A stretch of DNA of 64,000 nucleotides from Trueperaceae bacterium (GCA_965214405.1 OZ243956.1:3008001-3072000), one strand, 5' to 3'; counted from the first letter of the stretch, positions 1 to 10,398 are shown. Made by a program: numbers and translations. The notes: generated from the letters alone by a model not told the origin.

Positions 1-447
1 GCGGTAACCGCGGCGCTCGGCCCGAGCATCCGCAACGCCGTGTTGGCCCTCGTCATCGTGCGCTGGCCCGACTACGCGAGGCTCACGCGCGGGCTCGTCA
101 TCGAAGCCAAAACCAACGAGTACGTCGAAGCGGCGCGGGGTCTCGGGGCCAAAGCGCCCTATTTGCTGTTCAAAACGCTGCTGCCGAACAGCGTTGCGCC
201 AACAATCGTTTACGGCTCGCTCGACATCGGCAACGCCATCCTTATTTTTGCGGGCCTCAGCTTTTTGGGACTCGGACCCGAACCCGCCTCGCCCGAGTGG
301 GGCCGGATGATCTCGATCGGCATCGACTTTTTCGACCAGTGGTGGATGTGGCTCTTTCCCGGCCTCGCCATCGCCAGCCTCGTCATGGCCTTTAATTTTA
401 TCGGCGACGGTTTGCGGGATATGCTCGACCCGAGGACGAAAACGTGA
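1..447 (+). CDS. Peptide/nickel ABC transporter permease (DppC/OppC-like), 5' truncated by window edge
   Basis: EYVEAARGLGA (EAA loop), LSFLGLG..PEWG, GDGLRDMLDP C-terminus. Confidence 0.93.
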   Translation, partial: AVTAALGPSIRNAVLALVIVRWPDYARLTRGLVIEAKTNEYVEAARGLGAKAPYLLFKTLLPNSVAPTIVYGSLDIGNAILIFAGLSFLGLGPEPASPEWGRMISIGIDFFDQWWMWLFPGLAIASLVMAFNFIGDGLRDMLDPRTKT

Positions 448-1451
448 CCCTGGATTATCTAGACAAGATCATTATTGGCGGCTGGCAACTTGCCAAGGAC
501 CACAGCGACGAAAGACAAGGCTTGAAGGTGCTCGAAGCCTACTACGCCGCCGGGTTCCGCACCTTCGACTGCGCCGATATTTATACGGGCGTCGAGGCGC
601 TGATTGGCTCCTTTATTAAAGCGCACGGTTTGACCTCCAACGACATCAAGGTTCACACGAAGTACGTACCCGACATGGCCTTGCTGACCTCATTAACCAA
701 AGAGCAAACCGAAGCCGTCATCGACCGGTCTCGAGCGCGTTTGGGCCTAGAGACCCTTGACCTGGTGCAGTTTCACTGGTGGCACTACTCGAGTGGCGAT
801 TATCTGGCGGCGCTGGACAGCCTCCGTGACCTCAAACGCGCGGGCAAGATAAGAGAAATCGGTGCAACGAATTTCGACGCTGCACATGTGCAGGAGATTC
901 TGGATAGGGGCGTTCCCGTCGCTTCCATCCAAACCCAATACTCGGTGCTCGACCGGAGAGCGACCAAGACGCTCGCACCCTTCGCGCGCGAACATAAAGT
1001 CGCGCTGCTTTGCTATGGCAGCGTGGCGGGCGGCTTGTTGTCGGACCGTTGGCTGAGACAGCCTGCCCCACAAGCGCCCTTTGAAAATCGCTCACTCGCC
1101 AAATACCTGCTCATCGTTGAAGAGATGGGCGGCTGGGGGGCGCTACAACGTGTGCTCGAGGTTTTGAAAAATATCGCTAATGCACAAGGGACGGACGTTG
1201 CGTCGGTTGCGAGCGCGTACTGCTTGAGGCAGCCGGGTGTTCGGGCTTGCATCGTAGGGGCGCGAAATACCAACCATCTCCAAGAGCATGTTCGGCTGCG
1301 TGACGAGCTTCGGCTTTCCGACCGGGATGTTGCTGACATCGAGGCGGTGAGGCGTCAATTTAGGGCCATCCCCGGGAACGTTTATGAACTCGAGCGCGAC
1401 GTCACGGGTAAACACGGGCGCGTCATGAAATACGATTTGGGCGAAAGTTAG
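444..1451 (+). CDS. Aldo/keto reductase
   Basis: GGWQL, FDCADIY, VHTK, LDLVQFHW, IGATNF; start overlaps upstream stop. Confidence 0.92.
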   Translation: MTLDYLDKIIIGGWQLAKDHSDERQGLKVLEAYYAAGFRTFDCADIYTGVEALIGSFIKAHGLTSNDIKVHTKYVPDMALLTSLTKEQTEAVIDRSRARLGLETLDLVQFHWWHYSSGDYLAALDSLRDLKRAGKIREIGATNFDAAHVQEILDRGVPVASIQTQYSVLDRRATKTLAPFAREHKVALLCYGSVAGGLLSDRWLRQPAPQAPFENRSLAKYLLIVEEMGGWGALQRVLEVLKNIANAQGTDVASVASAYCLRQPGVRACIVGARNTNHLQEHVRLRDELRLSDRDVADIEAVRRQFRAIPGNVYELERDVTGKHGRVMKYDLGES

Positions 1452-1454
1452 ATT

Positions 1455-1808
1455 ATGCCGGGAACGTTCGAGCTTTACAACCTGAAAGTCGAGATTGTCA
1501 AGGTGAAAGAGGGGCTCGAGGCCGTCTGCAATCATCACCTTGGTGACTACTTCGAGGTGTCCGGTGAAAACATCAGTATTCCGGCTGGCAAAACGTTCAG
1601 CATGTACGCGCTGGCCGCGGTCTTGCCCTTGCTCCCTGCCAAACAGCGTGTGACGAGTGAACACGACTGGATGACCTTCGACGACCTCGTGATGTGTCCC
1701 GACCCCAATTGCGAAGCGGTCATGAGGATAACACGGACGGGCGTTCGTGAGTTTAGAACCGGGGAGGTCACAGTCTCCGGTTGGCGACGCTCTGATAAGC
1801 TCGCCTAA
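1455..1808 (+). CDS. TIGR04076-family protein
   Basis: C-x-H..GDYF, LPLLPAKQR, CPDPNC motifs; follows the AKR gene. Confidence 0.8.
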   Translation: MPGTFELYNLKVEIVKVKEGLEAVCNHHLGDYFEVSGENISIPAGKTFSMYALAAVLPLLPAKQRVTSEHDWMTFDDLVMCPDPNCEAVMRITRTGVREFRTGEVTVSGWRRSDKLA

Positions 1809-1965
1809 GTCAACTGTATGTACGTTTTAGATGGCCGACTTTCCGCCCCCTTTTACAAGTTCTGTCAAACTAAACCTTTTAGAGGAAACACCGTTTCACG
1901 TTGCCGGGTTTGCGAAGCGAGATTGCCGTTTTCCTCTTTGCGGTAGCCCTGCGTAAGTTTACAGG

Positions 1966-1997
1966 CTGACACCAACGTCTATAGACGTTGGTGTCAG
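1966..1997. repeat. Perfect 32-bp palindrome
   Basis: CTGACACCAACGTCTA|TAGACGTTGGTGTCAG read directly. Confidence 0.95.
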
Positions 1998-2122
1998 TGA
2001 CGACCCCTGTAGGGGGCGAAGGCCGCAAGTCTTGGAAAATCGACCAAGCACCCTTGGCCTTGACGCGGAGCGGCGGGCAACCCAAGCTGTTGCGACCAGC
2101 GCCCCCTGGTATCTTATCGTCA

Positions 2123-2752
2123 GTGTTGAACGCGCTAAAGGCTCCTTTCAAGGTTATGGGCGCTGCCGTCAAGGATTGGTGGCGCGACTGGGTGAACATG
2201 GCGGCGCTCAATCTCGCTTTCGTGCTCTGCTGGGTCACGGTTGTGCTCGGGCCGCCTGCGACTTTCGCCCTGTACGACGCTGTTCACACCTACGTGTATG
2301 GCCGGAGCTTTGAGCTGCGCGAGACGCCCGCGACGCTGCGGCGCTATTTTTTTAAGAGCTGGCTTTGGATGCTTGCCAACGCCCTCGTCGTCGGGGGGAT
2401 TGGGCTCAACCTGCAATTTTACACGGGAAGCGCGCGTTGGGTGGCTGCGTTGCGCGTGCTTTCTCTCCTTATCGGGGCGGTGTGGCTCGCGGCGCAGTTC
2501 TACGCGCTTCCTTATCTGCTCGAGCAAGACCGCCCCAGCCTGCGCCAGGCCTACCGCAACGCCCTCCTCACCGTTCTGGCGAGCCCGCTGTACACGCTTT
2601 TAATGCTTGGTTTCGTCCTTCTCCTGGTTCTTATAAGCGCGCGGTTTGTGGTGCTCCTCTTTCTGGGCGTCCCGCCTCTGATAGCGGTGCTGGGGGTCCA
2701 CGCAGTGGCCGAAAGACTTAAAAACTACCAAACCCGAGGGGGCGGCGCTTGA
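2123..2752 (+). CDS. DUF624/YesL-like membrane protein (start uncertain, 2123-2156)
   Basis: NLAFVLCW..LGPPATFAL, several TM helices. Confidence 0.7.
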   Translation: MLNALKAPFKVMGAAVKDWWRDWVNMAALNLAFVLCWVTVVLGPPATFALYDAVHTYVYGRSFELRETPATLRRYFFKSWLWMLANALVVGGIGLNLQFYTGSARWVAALRVLSLLIGAVWLAAQFYALPYLLEQDRPSLRQAYRNALLTVLASPLYTLLMLGFVLLLVLISARFVVLLFLGVPPLIAVLGVHAVAERLKNYQTRGGGA

Positions 2753-2885
2753 ACCGCGCCTTAACAAGCCGCCTCTCGTTAACCCACAAGTTGGTCGACC
2801 CAGACCTTAAAGGTTTTGATCTCAAAGGACGCCGTTTCGTTCAGCCGGTCAACACGTTCGAAGTCAAGCCTAATGGATTTCTGCG

Positions 2886-3971
2886 TCATCCCGCCTGCTC
2901 CAGCGGCGCGGGCGGGGTGAAGCTCGAGCTTAGCTCGACCGGCCTATCCGTTTCCACCGAGGTTTTCACGGCGTTGAGAATGTCGACGATGTGGGCCGCT
3001 TGTGCGCCCGTGGCGCGGTGGGGCTCGTCTTGGAGCATCGCCGCGGCCATCTCCTGCACGCCGCGTCCCCACTGCATCCCCGGCAGCTCGCCGAGCGGAA
3101 CGGGTTCGTAAGGTTCGCCGAACGGTGCAAACTCTAGCGCCGCGTCGGGATCTTGCCAGCTCGAGAGGTGCAGCGAGCCCGCGTCGCCGTGAAACTCGAT
3201 GCCCGTCTGCTTGCCGCGCTGCGTCACGTAGAAGTTGGTCGTGAGCCGCACCAGCACCCCGTCTTCCAAGTCGAGCACTGCGGTCACGAAGTCGGGCGTC
3301 GCTACGGTAAAGGGTGTGCCCGTTTTGCCCACCCGGTTCGGGTGGAGGACGCGGCCTTGCGCGGACACGCGAATCGCGGGGCCGAACATCGCGGTGAGGA
3401 GCGTGATTGGATAGACGCCGACGTCGAACAGCGCGCCGACCTCGTAAAAGGGCGCGGGCGCGGGGTGCCACGCCTCGATGCGGCCCCAGTTCACCTCGGC
3501 GTAGGCGACGCGCACCGTGCCGAGACGACCCTCACGGACGAGCCGCCAGGCCGCCCCCTGCGCCTCGCCCAAAAAGGTAAAGGGCGAGCAGCCGAGCCGC
3601 AAGTTTTTGCGTTCGGCAAGCTCGACAAGCTCTTTGGCCTCTTCATAGCGCATCGCCAGGGGTTTTTCGCTGTAGACGTGTTTTCCGGCTTCCAGACACG
3701 CTTTGGTCACCTCAAAATGCGCGTGGTGGATGCTTAAGTTGACGACAAGGTCGATTGAATCGTCGGCCAGTAAGCTTCTCAGGTCCGGATAAGCCTTTAT
3801 CCCTCGCTTTGCGGCGAGCGCGTCCGCTTTGTCTCGGTCGATGTCCGTAACGCCCACGAGGTCGGTCTGCGGATAAGCCAACAAGTTTTCGGTATAAGGC
3901 CCGGCGATGTTGCCTGCGCCTACGACCGCCACCCGGATGCTGGACATCATCTTAGGCATCGTCTCAGGCAT
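2886..3971 (-). CDS. Gfo/Idh/MocA family oxidoreductase
   Basis: VAVVGAGNIA Rossmann motif, GKHVYSEKPLA, GALFDVGVY. Confidence 0.95.
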   Translation of the reverse strand: MPETMPKMMSSIRVAVVGAGNIAGPYTENLLAYPQTDLVGVTDIDRDKADALAAKRGIKAYPDLRSLLADDSIDLVVNLSIHHAHFEVTKACLEAGKHVYSEKPLAMRYEEAKELVELAERKNLRLGCSPFTFLGEAQGAAWRLVREGRLGTVRVAYAEVNWGRIEAWHPAPAPFYEVGALFDVGVYPITLLTAMFGPAIRVSAQGRVLHPNRVGKTGTPFTVATPDFVTAVLDLEDGVLVRLTTNFYVTQRGKQTGIEFHGDAGSLHLSSWQDPDAALEFAPFGEPYEPVPLGELPGMQWGRGVQEMAAAMLQDEPHRATGAQAAHIVDILNAVKTSVETDRPVELSSSFTPPAPLEQAG

Positions 3972-4797
3972 CGTTAGCCAACCCGTGAGCCAACCCGTGA
4001 GTCAACCAAGCCTCGAGCCGCGCTTTGCTCGCGCGAACATCCTCCGTCGGGTCGAAGGTCTCGGGCTCATGCTCGACCGAAAGGGGGCCTGCATACCCCA
4101 CGTCTTTAAGAGCCGCAACGCACGCTTCAAGGGGAACGACGCCCGCCCCGAAGCGGCAGGTTTCGTGTTTTCCCCTTTCCTTTACGTCCTTGAGATGCAC
4201 GTAAAACAGATGGGGGGAGAGCGCCCGAACCGCGTCAGCCGCGTTGTAACCGTGCGTCCCGAACCAGCCCGTGTCGAGCGTGACGCCGACGCGTTCACTC
4301 CCGCCGTGAATCCGCTCTATAAGTTCGGCGGGTGTTTTTTCGGGATGGTTTTCGTAGCCGAAGCGCAGGTCGTAGTGCTCGAGCACCTCCTCCAAAAGCT
4401 CAGGGTCGTCTTCGAGCAGCGCCGTATTGCCCCCGAGAATGGGGGCGTGAAGCGTTTTAGCCAGTTCGCAATTTGCCTCGAGTTCGGCTCGAGTGGTGCC
4501 AAACCCCCCGGCCAGACTCGTTACGGTGAGATGGTGGTGCTCGAGCAGTGCCTTGGCCGTGCGAACCTGCTCGTCACTCGCCCAGACCGGGTTGAGGAGT
4601 TCGGTCCACAGGTCGAACGCGCCGAAGCCGAGCGCGGTCACCTCGCTTAACAAGCTGTCGAAACGCGTCTCAAAGGTTTCCGGGGGTTCAAAAAAAGCTC
4701 GGGTCGTCCTCACCCCTTCACCCCAGCCGTCGGTGAGAGCGTAGTCGGCCTGCCGCGCGACAAAGTTAGCGCCCATGAATGAGAGTTCGTTCATCAT
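3964..4797 (-). CDS. Sugar phosphate isomerase/epimerase (xylose isomerase-like TIM barrel)
   Basis: YENH, LDTGW, VHLKD, SVEHE metal motifs. Confidence 0.92.
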   Translation of the reverse strand: MMNELSFMGANFVARQADYALTDGWGEGVRTTRAFFEPPETFETRFDSLLSEVTALGFGAFDLWTELLNPVWASDEQVRTAKALLEHHHLTVTSLAGGFGTTRAELEANCELAKTLHAPILGGNTALLEDDPELLEEVLEHYDLRFGYENHPEKTPAELIERIHGGSERVGVTLDTGWFGTHGYNAADAVRALSPHLFYVHLKDVKERGKHETCRFGAGVVPLEACVAALKDVGYAGPLSVEHEPETFDPTEDVRASKARLEAWLTHGLAHGLANDA

Positions 4798-4891
4798 ATC
4801 CTTCCCGGCACCCTATCAAACATACCCCGCTCACGCGACACAAATGCCGAGAAAAGCTGATGGGCAAGGAACCCAAGGTGCCGCTCGAGCA

Positions 4892-6736
4892 TCATTCACT
4901 TCTCCCTTTTAGTCGACGCGTCCTTGGCTTGCTCGTTACCGTCACTAACGCTTCGGCAAGCCAGCCTAAACTTTTGTCCCCAAACCTCACCTCAGCCGCG
5001 ACCCGCGCCCGCCGCACGGGTTCCGGGGTGGGCGAAAGCGTGAACCGGAGGCAGCCTTCGCCACGCGCCTCGAGCGTGACCGACGCGAGCTCCGGCTCCA
5101 CCCGCCATCGGGGCGGCGCCATGAGCGTGACGGTGGCAGTTTCGGCACAGGCAAAAGGATTACGCACGGTGACCTCGAGCCTTCCTTTCTCTCCCAGATT
5201 TAGCTCGAGCCTGTAAGGACGAATCCTTACGCCCTCGTCCCCCCCGAAGTCCGCCCGCTCGAGGGGCAGAAGCTCGCGGTGGAGGCGGCTCAAGGTTTCG
5301 CCCCGCTCGTCCAGACGGTCAAAGTAGCCCGGCTCGACCCGGTAAGGCTCCCAGTGACCGGACAAGACGAGGTCGGGCTGCAAGCGCCGGTAAAGCGCGG
5401 CGCTCCTTTTGTAGTCGTCCCGGTGAAAGCCGTTGTTGTAGACGTAGTTCCAGCTTGCCTCGCTCCCGTCGGCATACTGGTCGCCGCAAAAGAGCACGCG
5501 CGCGCCGTCCACATAGAGCGAGACCGCGACGGCGTAGGTTGTGTGGCCCGGTTGTGGGTGGAGGGTGAGGTTGTATTCTTCCCAGCGAATGGGCGTTTCT
5601 AGAGGCAGCACCCGGTCTACCGCTATGGGGTCGTACCAGAGGCAGGGCAGGTTGTAACGGGTGGGGTGCTCGAGGACGTCCGCAAAGGTCTCCGCCGCCC
5701 AAATCCGCGTTTCCTCCTTTTCTCTCAGCAGGTTGAGCCCTGCTACGTGGTCGTCGTGGTAATGCGTCGGCAGCACCACGTCTATGGTCTCAATACTAAA
5801 AGACCGCTTCAACGTCGGCAGCGTGTAGAGCCAGGGCCGCCTCGAGGCCCGGTCCGACCCGGCGGCGAATCCGGTCATAAAGTCGTAGCCGAAGTCGATG
5901 AAGAGGGCTTTGCGGCTTTTTGAAAGGAGCACGTAGCCGTAAGCTTCACTCGTCCGGTTCCAGAGGAGGTGCGGCGTCAGCGCGACATAAGGCTCCTCGC
6001 GCAGTTGAAAAAGCCGTGGGTTTTCTTGACGGTGGTTTAACAATCTCCACAAACGCTCTACTAGCAGGTCGATGGCGACCGCGGGCTTGGCTATCGGCTC
6101 GCCGTGCGAGGGCAACAGGAGGTCGGGCTGGCGTTCTTTGAGGTCGAGGAGTGAAGCCACGCTCGCCGCCACGCCCTCGGCCCCGTTGTACGACCACTGC
6201 GTCGCCGCCAAGGACCAAACCCTGCCGGGCGCGGCGATAAGGTCGCCCGTAAAGGCGACGCAGCGACCGTCTATGTTGGCGAGCAACGTGAGCGAACCCG
6301 TCGTATGCCCCGGCGTCGGCACGACCGTAAAGCCGAGGTTAAAAGCAGGATTGCCGAAGTGGTACGTCGCGTAGTCTTTGAGGGTGCCTGAGATGGGGAC
6401 GGGCTCGAGGGGTGAAAAACGGTCCTGGCGGTTGTTGTAGGAGTTCGAGACTTCACGCGCTTGCCAGTGCGCGTCGACGCTGTGAAAAAGGTCTTGCTCG
6501 GTGTGCGGCACAAAAATGGGAATGTCTCGCTCGACGGCGCGCGCTAACCCTTGCCCCTGGTCGCGGTGATGGTGGGTCATCAGAACAGCCTGGACGCGCT
6601 CGACTCCGAGCGCGGGAAGTTCGTCCAACACCGCCCCGCTTCCGAAATCGATGAGGACAGCCCCCCACCCGCTGAGAATAACGTACACCCGGCAACTATC
6701 TTCAAAAAGGTAGAGGGAGTCCGAAAGGCGCTGCAT
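4892..6736 (-). CDS. Tandem-domain MBL-fold metallo-hydrolase
   Basis: THHHRDQ..PGHT..GD..PSHG and THYHDDH..PGHT..GD..SGH, plus C-terminal Ig-like region. Confidence 0.85.
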   Translation of the reverse strand: MQRLSDSLYLFEDSCRVYVILSGWGAVLIDFGSGAVLDELPALGVERVQAVLMTHHHRDQGQGLARAVERDIPIFVPHTEQDLFHSVDAHWQAREVSNSYNNRQDRFSPLEPVPISGTLKDYATYHFGNPAFNLGFTVVPTPGHTTGSLTLLANIDGRCVAFTGDLIAAPGRVWSLAATQWSYNGAEGVAASVASLLDLKERQPDLLLPSHGEPIAKPAVAIDLLVERLWRLLNHRQENPRLFQLREEPYVALTPHLLWNRTSEAYGYVLLSKSRKALFIDFGYDFMTGFAAGSDRASRRPWLYTLPTLKRSFSIETIDVVLPTHYHDDHVAGLNLLREKEETRIWAAETFADVLEHPTRYNLPCLWYDPIAVDRVLPLETPIRWEEYNLTLHPQPGHTTYAVAVSLYVDGARVLFCGDQYADGSEASWNYVYNNGFHRDDYKRSAALYRRLQPDLVLSGHWEPYRVEPGYFDRLDERGETLSRLHRELLPLERADFGGDEGVRIRPYRLELNLGEKGRLEVTVRNPFACAETATVTLMAPPRWRVEPELASVTLEARGEGCLRFTLSPTPEPVRRARVAAEVRFGDKSLGWLAEALVTVTSKPRTRRLKGRSE

Positions 6737-7156
6737 CTACAGGATTTCTTTGGGCAGGGCTTTTTTGAACACGTAATGGCCGAGGATATACCAGAGGTTG
6801 CCGTCGACGCAGCCCGCGTGCGCCGTGTCCAGCACGACCTCGTCCTCTCCCCCAGGCTCGCATCTACCCGTGAGGCTGCCTCCGTGCGCGACGAGGGCCG
6901 GGTCGGGGAGGTTGGCCACGCCGACGTTGTGGGGAATCTTGCCCAAAGGACTTTGGTAGGCGCGCAAGTGCAGCGAACGTCTGTGAATCTCCCGCCCAGC
7001 CGGACGTCGGGCGACGAGCAGCCCCAAGCTGCAAAGCGTACTGTCGCGCGCCCATACCTGCCGGTACGCCTCATTCGAACCCACCAATCCGAGGTCGCCC
7101 CCGTTGGCGAGGAGAAGCGCTTCGGCGTGGGCTCGAGCCGTGTCTATTAGGTTCAC
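6737..7156 (-). pseudogene. Truncated (alpha/alpha)6 glycoside hydrolase (GH100/amylo-alpha-1,6-glucosidase-like), N-terminal fragment
   Basis: YRQVWARDS, YQSPLGKIPHNV, VDGNLWY motifs but only 139 aa. Confidence 0.7.
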
Positions 7157-8115
7157 TTGGGGTCCCCCGACAACGCCTCAGCCAGCGCGACCGCGCCCCA
7201 GAGCGGCGCGTCGTCACCCAAGGCGGCGGGGACGAGGTCGAGCGCGGCCTGGGCTCGAGCTGTCTCGCGCGCCGTCTCGTAGACCTTGCGCCAGTAACGC
7301 GCGCCCGACTTGCTCACCCCGCCGCCCAGCACGACGCGCTGCGGGTTCATAAAGTTGACCGCGTTGCCAAGCCCTAAGCCGAGCGCCCAGGCCGCGCGCT
7401 CCAGCGCCGCCCAGGCGAGTTCGTCGCCCGCCGCCGCCGCTGCGCTCACCTGTTGCGCGGTAAGGTGCTCTGGGGTGTCAGAAGCGTGCTGACGCAGCAG
7501 CCGACCGCGCTCCGGCTCGGCGCTGAGCAGCTCGCGCGCGTACAGAGCGAGACCCGGCCCCGAGGCCAGACACTCCACACAGCCGCGCGCGCCGCAAACA
7601 CATTCGGGGCCGCTCGGATCGGCAACTGTAAAGCCGATTTCGCCCGCCATACCGTCGAAGCCGCGCCACACCTTACCGTCAAGAATCCAGCCGCCGCCGA
7701 CGCCGGTACTGACCGTAACGTAGAGTAGGCTGTGGCAGCCCCTCCCGGCCCCGTAGACGTATTCGCCCAGGGCGGCTGTGTTCGCGTCATTGTCGACGCT
7801 TACAGGCGCGCCGTAGCGGGCCTCGAGCCGCGCTCGCAAAGGAACGTCCTCCCAGCCCGGCACGTGGTCGCTAAAGCGGACGCGTCCCTCGGGCGCGTCC
7901 ACCGGCCCGCCAAAGCTCACGCCGACGGCGGCGGGCCGTTCGCCCGCCAGGAGGTCGTCGGCGAGCGCGCTCATGAGCGCCAGGTCGTCCTCGGCGGTCG
8001 CGCCCGCTTGCGACGGAGCACGTTTCAGCCCGCGCCAGCTCTCAGCCTTGCGCTCTATAACTCCGGCACTCAGCTTCGTGCCGCCGAAGTCGAGCGCCAG
8101 CAAGAGACCGCTCAT
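7153..8115 (-). CDS. ROK family sugar kinase
   Basis: LDFGGTK, DNDANTAALGE, STGVGGG, CVCGARGCVE. Confidence 0.95.
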   Translation of the reverse strand: MSGLLLALDFGGTKLSAGVIERKAESWRGLKRAPSQAGATAEDDLALMSALADDLLAGERPAAVGVSFGGPVDAPEGRVRFSDHVPGWEDVPLRARLEARYGAPVSVDNDANTAALGEYVYGAGRGCHSLLYVTVSTGVGGGWILDGKVWRGFDGMAGEIGFTVADPSGPECVCGARGCVECLASGPGLALYARELLSAEPERGRLLRQHASDTPEHLTAQQVSAAAAAGDELAWAALERAAWALGLGLGNAVNFMNPQRVVLGGGVSKSGARYWRKVYETARETARAQAALDLVPAALGDDAPLWGAVALAEALSGDPK

Positions 8116-9110
8116 GCTTTAGGCACCTCGCCACGCATTTCAATATCACGCGTTTCAGTATCGCGCATTTCATCCCCACGTACGTCAGTATTAGGCATTT
8201 CACGGTAGCGCCGGGCTTGGCTTTCGCTCAGCAGGACGCGACTTATTTTTTCCCGGACAACCGCCTCGACGGCGTCCTGCGCGCGTCTCAAGGCGTCGTC
8301 GTCCAGCGCCTCGATCTGCGCGTCGACGAGGCGCTCCTTGCTGCCGAGCGCGCCCAACATGGCGAGTTCCAGATCGGTCGCCAAGTTGACTTTGCTCACC
8401 CCGCCGCCGGGAATGTGGATAGCGCGGTGCATGAGGTCGGAGGGCACACCGGACCCGCCGTGCAACACGAGCGGGACGTTGGTCTGCGCCCGGACGGCTT
8501 TCAAGCGGTCAATGTCAATCGTCACAGGTTGGCCCGCGCTCACGCCGTGAACGGTGCCGACCGACACCGCCAGGGCGTCGATGGCTGATGCTTCAACAAA
8601 TTTGGCTACCTCCGCGGCGTCGGTGTAGAGAAAGCTGCTGCTCGCCTCGGTTTCGGAAAAGCCGTACGCGCCCAACGTGCCGAGTTCGCCCTCGACCGAC
8701 ACGCCGCGCGCGTGCGCGAGGGCGGCGACCGCCCTCGTCACGGCGATGTTTTCATCCAGGGGAGAGTCCGAGGCGTCGATCATCACCGAGGTGAAGCCCG
8801 CGGAGAGCGCCCTCTCGATGACCGAGCGGTCTTCGGTGTGGTCGAGGTGCAACGTCACGGGCACGGTGACCGCGAGTTCGTTAAGAGAACGGTAAAACGC
8901 CTCGGCGAAAGGCTCGACCGCCACGCCGCAGCGCGTCATATCCTTTTGAGAAATCTGTACGATGGCGGGCGAGGCGAGGGCCTGGGCTGCCCGCAAGATG
9001 GGCGGAATCATGCGCGGGTAGCGCGGCGAAAAGGAGCCGACCGCGTAGCCGTGACGTCGGGTGGGGGCCAAAAGCTCCTCTAAGGTCAGGACGTTGGCGG
9101 GTCGGTTCAT
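8112..9110 (-). CDS. Class II fructose/tagatose-bisphosphate aldolase
   Basis: LHLDH, FTSVMIDAS, VEGELG, GTVHG, LVLHGGSG, KVN. Confidence 0.93.
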   Translation of the reverse strand: MNRPANVLTLEELLAPTRRHGYAVGSFSPRYPRMIPPILRAAQALASPAIVQISQKDMTRCGVAVEPFAEAFYRSLNELAVTVPVTLHLDHTEDRSVIERALSAGFTSVMIDASDSPLDENIAVTRAVAALAHARGVSVEGELGTLGAYGFSETEASSSFLYTDAAEVAKFVEASAIDALAVSVGTVHGVSAGQPVTIDIDRLKAVRAQTNVPLVLHGGSGVPSDLMHRAIHIPGGGVSKVNLATDLELAMLGALGSKERLVDAQIEALDDDALRRAQDAVEAVVREKISRVLLSESQARRYREMPNTDVRGDEMRDTETRDIEMRGEVPKA

Positions 9111-9205
9111 AGGGGCGTGGATAGGGACGTGGTGTGAATGGTGGTTAGGTTGGACACCAGTATCTCCTCAGGTTCGGCAAATAAAAAGGACTTGGCAAGT
9201 ATAAA

Positions 9206-9375
9206 TTAGGTTGCCAGAGACAGCACTTGATGCGCGCGTTTGAGCCGCGCCTGCAATTCGGTAACGCTCACGCGCTGCACGCTTATGTCTTGCTTTACCG
9301 CCAACGCCGCCGCCCCCGCGCTGTGGCCGAGGAGCATATATTGCGGCTCCATCCGAATGGAGGCGCTGGCCCACC
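9206..9375 (-). pseudogene. C-terminal remnant of an FAD-dependent oxidoreductase
   Basis: SASIRMEPQYMLLGHSAG..AA..VQRVSVTELQARL resembles the family C-terminus; no N-terminal part present. Confidence 0.6.
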
Positions 9376-9442
9376 TCCTTCTAAGTCCCCGTCGACCTCC
9401 AACCACTCCCGCCCGGACGTTGATAAGGTCTCATCAAGCCCG

Positions 9443-10216
9443 CTATGACGGCTCGGCGAGTTGGTCGGGCGTGGCGGTAATGAGCTCTACACCGTTCTCG
9501 TCGAACAAATCTCGAGCCGCGGCAGAGAGACCCGTATCGGTAATCACCCTGTGTACCGCCCCGAGCGGGGCCACGGACGCTTCACCGACCCGGCGAAACT
9601 TGCTCGAGTCGCTCACGACCACCGACGTTTTGGCGATGCGGACGAACTGCCGTAATATGGCCGCCTCATCCTCCTGAGTCACGGTAAACCCCTCTTCGGC
9701 GCCTACCCCGCTCACGCCGATAAAAGCCAGGTCGGCAAAGCAAGTTTCCAAGTTCTCCTTGCTCCAGTCGCCCGTGACCAGTTCGCTGCCGGGGCGGTAC
9801 TGCCCCCCTGTCAAACTCACCTTCGGTTCCGTTTTGGTGATGGCTCGAGCGACCCCCACGCTGTTGGTGAGGATGTGAACCGCGAGGTCGTTGAGGCGGT
9901 GGGCCACGGCTTCGGTCGTCGTGCCCGGCCCTAAAGCGATCACCATACCGGGTTTGACGTAAGCGGCCGCCGCCTCGGCGATGGCGAGCTTTTCAGCCTG
10001 ATGCAGCACGGCGCGGTCCTGATAGGGCACCGTGTGACACACCAGCACCGCGCCGCCGTGTCCTTTATCGACTAAACCCTGATCCTCCAATTCCCAAAAA
10101 TCACGCCGGATGGTCTGGTCCGAGACCCCGAAGCGCTGCGCCAACTCGGCGGTTCGCGCCGACCCGTTTTTCTTTAGCAGGTTCAAAATAGTGCGCCGCC
10201 GCTCCTCCGCCAGCAT
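9443..10216 (-). CDS. DeoR/GlpR family transcriptional regulator
   Basis: FGVSDQTIRRD HTH, GPGTTT, LTNS, DSSKF. Confidence 0.95.
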   Translation of the reverse strand: MLAEERRRTILNLLKKNGSARTAELAQRFGVSDQTIRRDFWELEDQGLVDKGHGGAVLVCHTVPYQDRAVLHQAEKLAIAEAAAAYVKPGMVIALGPGTTTEAVAHRLNDLAVHILTNSVGVARAITKTEPKVSLTGGQYRPGSELVTGDWSKENLETCFADLAFIGVSGVGAEEGFTVTQEDEAAILRQFVRIAKTSVVVSDSSKFRRVGEASVAPLGAVHRVITDTGLSAAARDLFDENGVELITATPDQLAEPS

Positions 10217-10237
10217 GGGTGGCTCCTCTGTCCTTTG

Positions 10238-10283
10238 ATGTTGAATCTAACATACGCACCTTAGAGAATCAATACAATTCAAC
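10238..10283 (-). promoter_or_regulatory. Putative deoR promoter with palindromic operator
   Basis: Minus strand TTGTAT-N17-TATGTT; palindrome ATGTT-gaatct-AACAT at 10238-10253 overlaps -10. Confidence 0.45.
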
Positions 10284-10398
10284 ATTGATGGGGCGGCCAG
10301 TGTAGAGTGAGACAGGGCCTTCACTTACGCAATGCAACAAACGCGCGCGTTAGCCGCACAACGCTTATGCGACCTTCGGCCCGGTTAGTCACGTAAGT

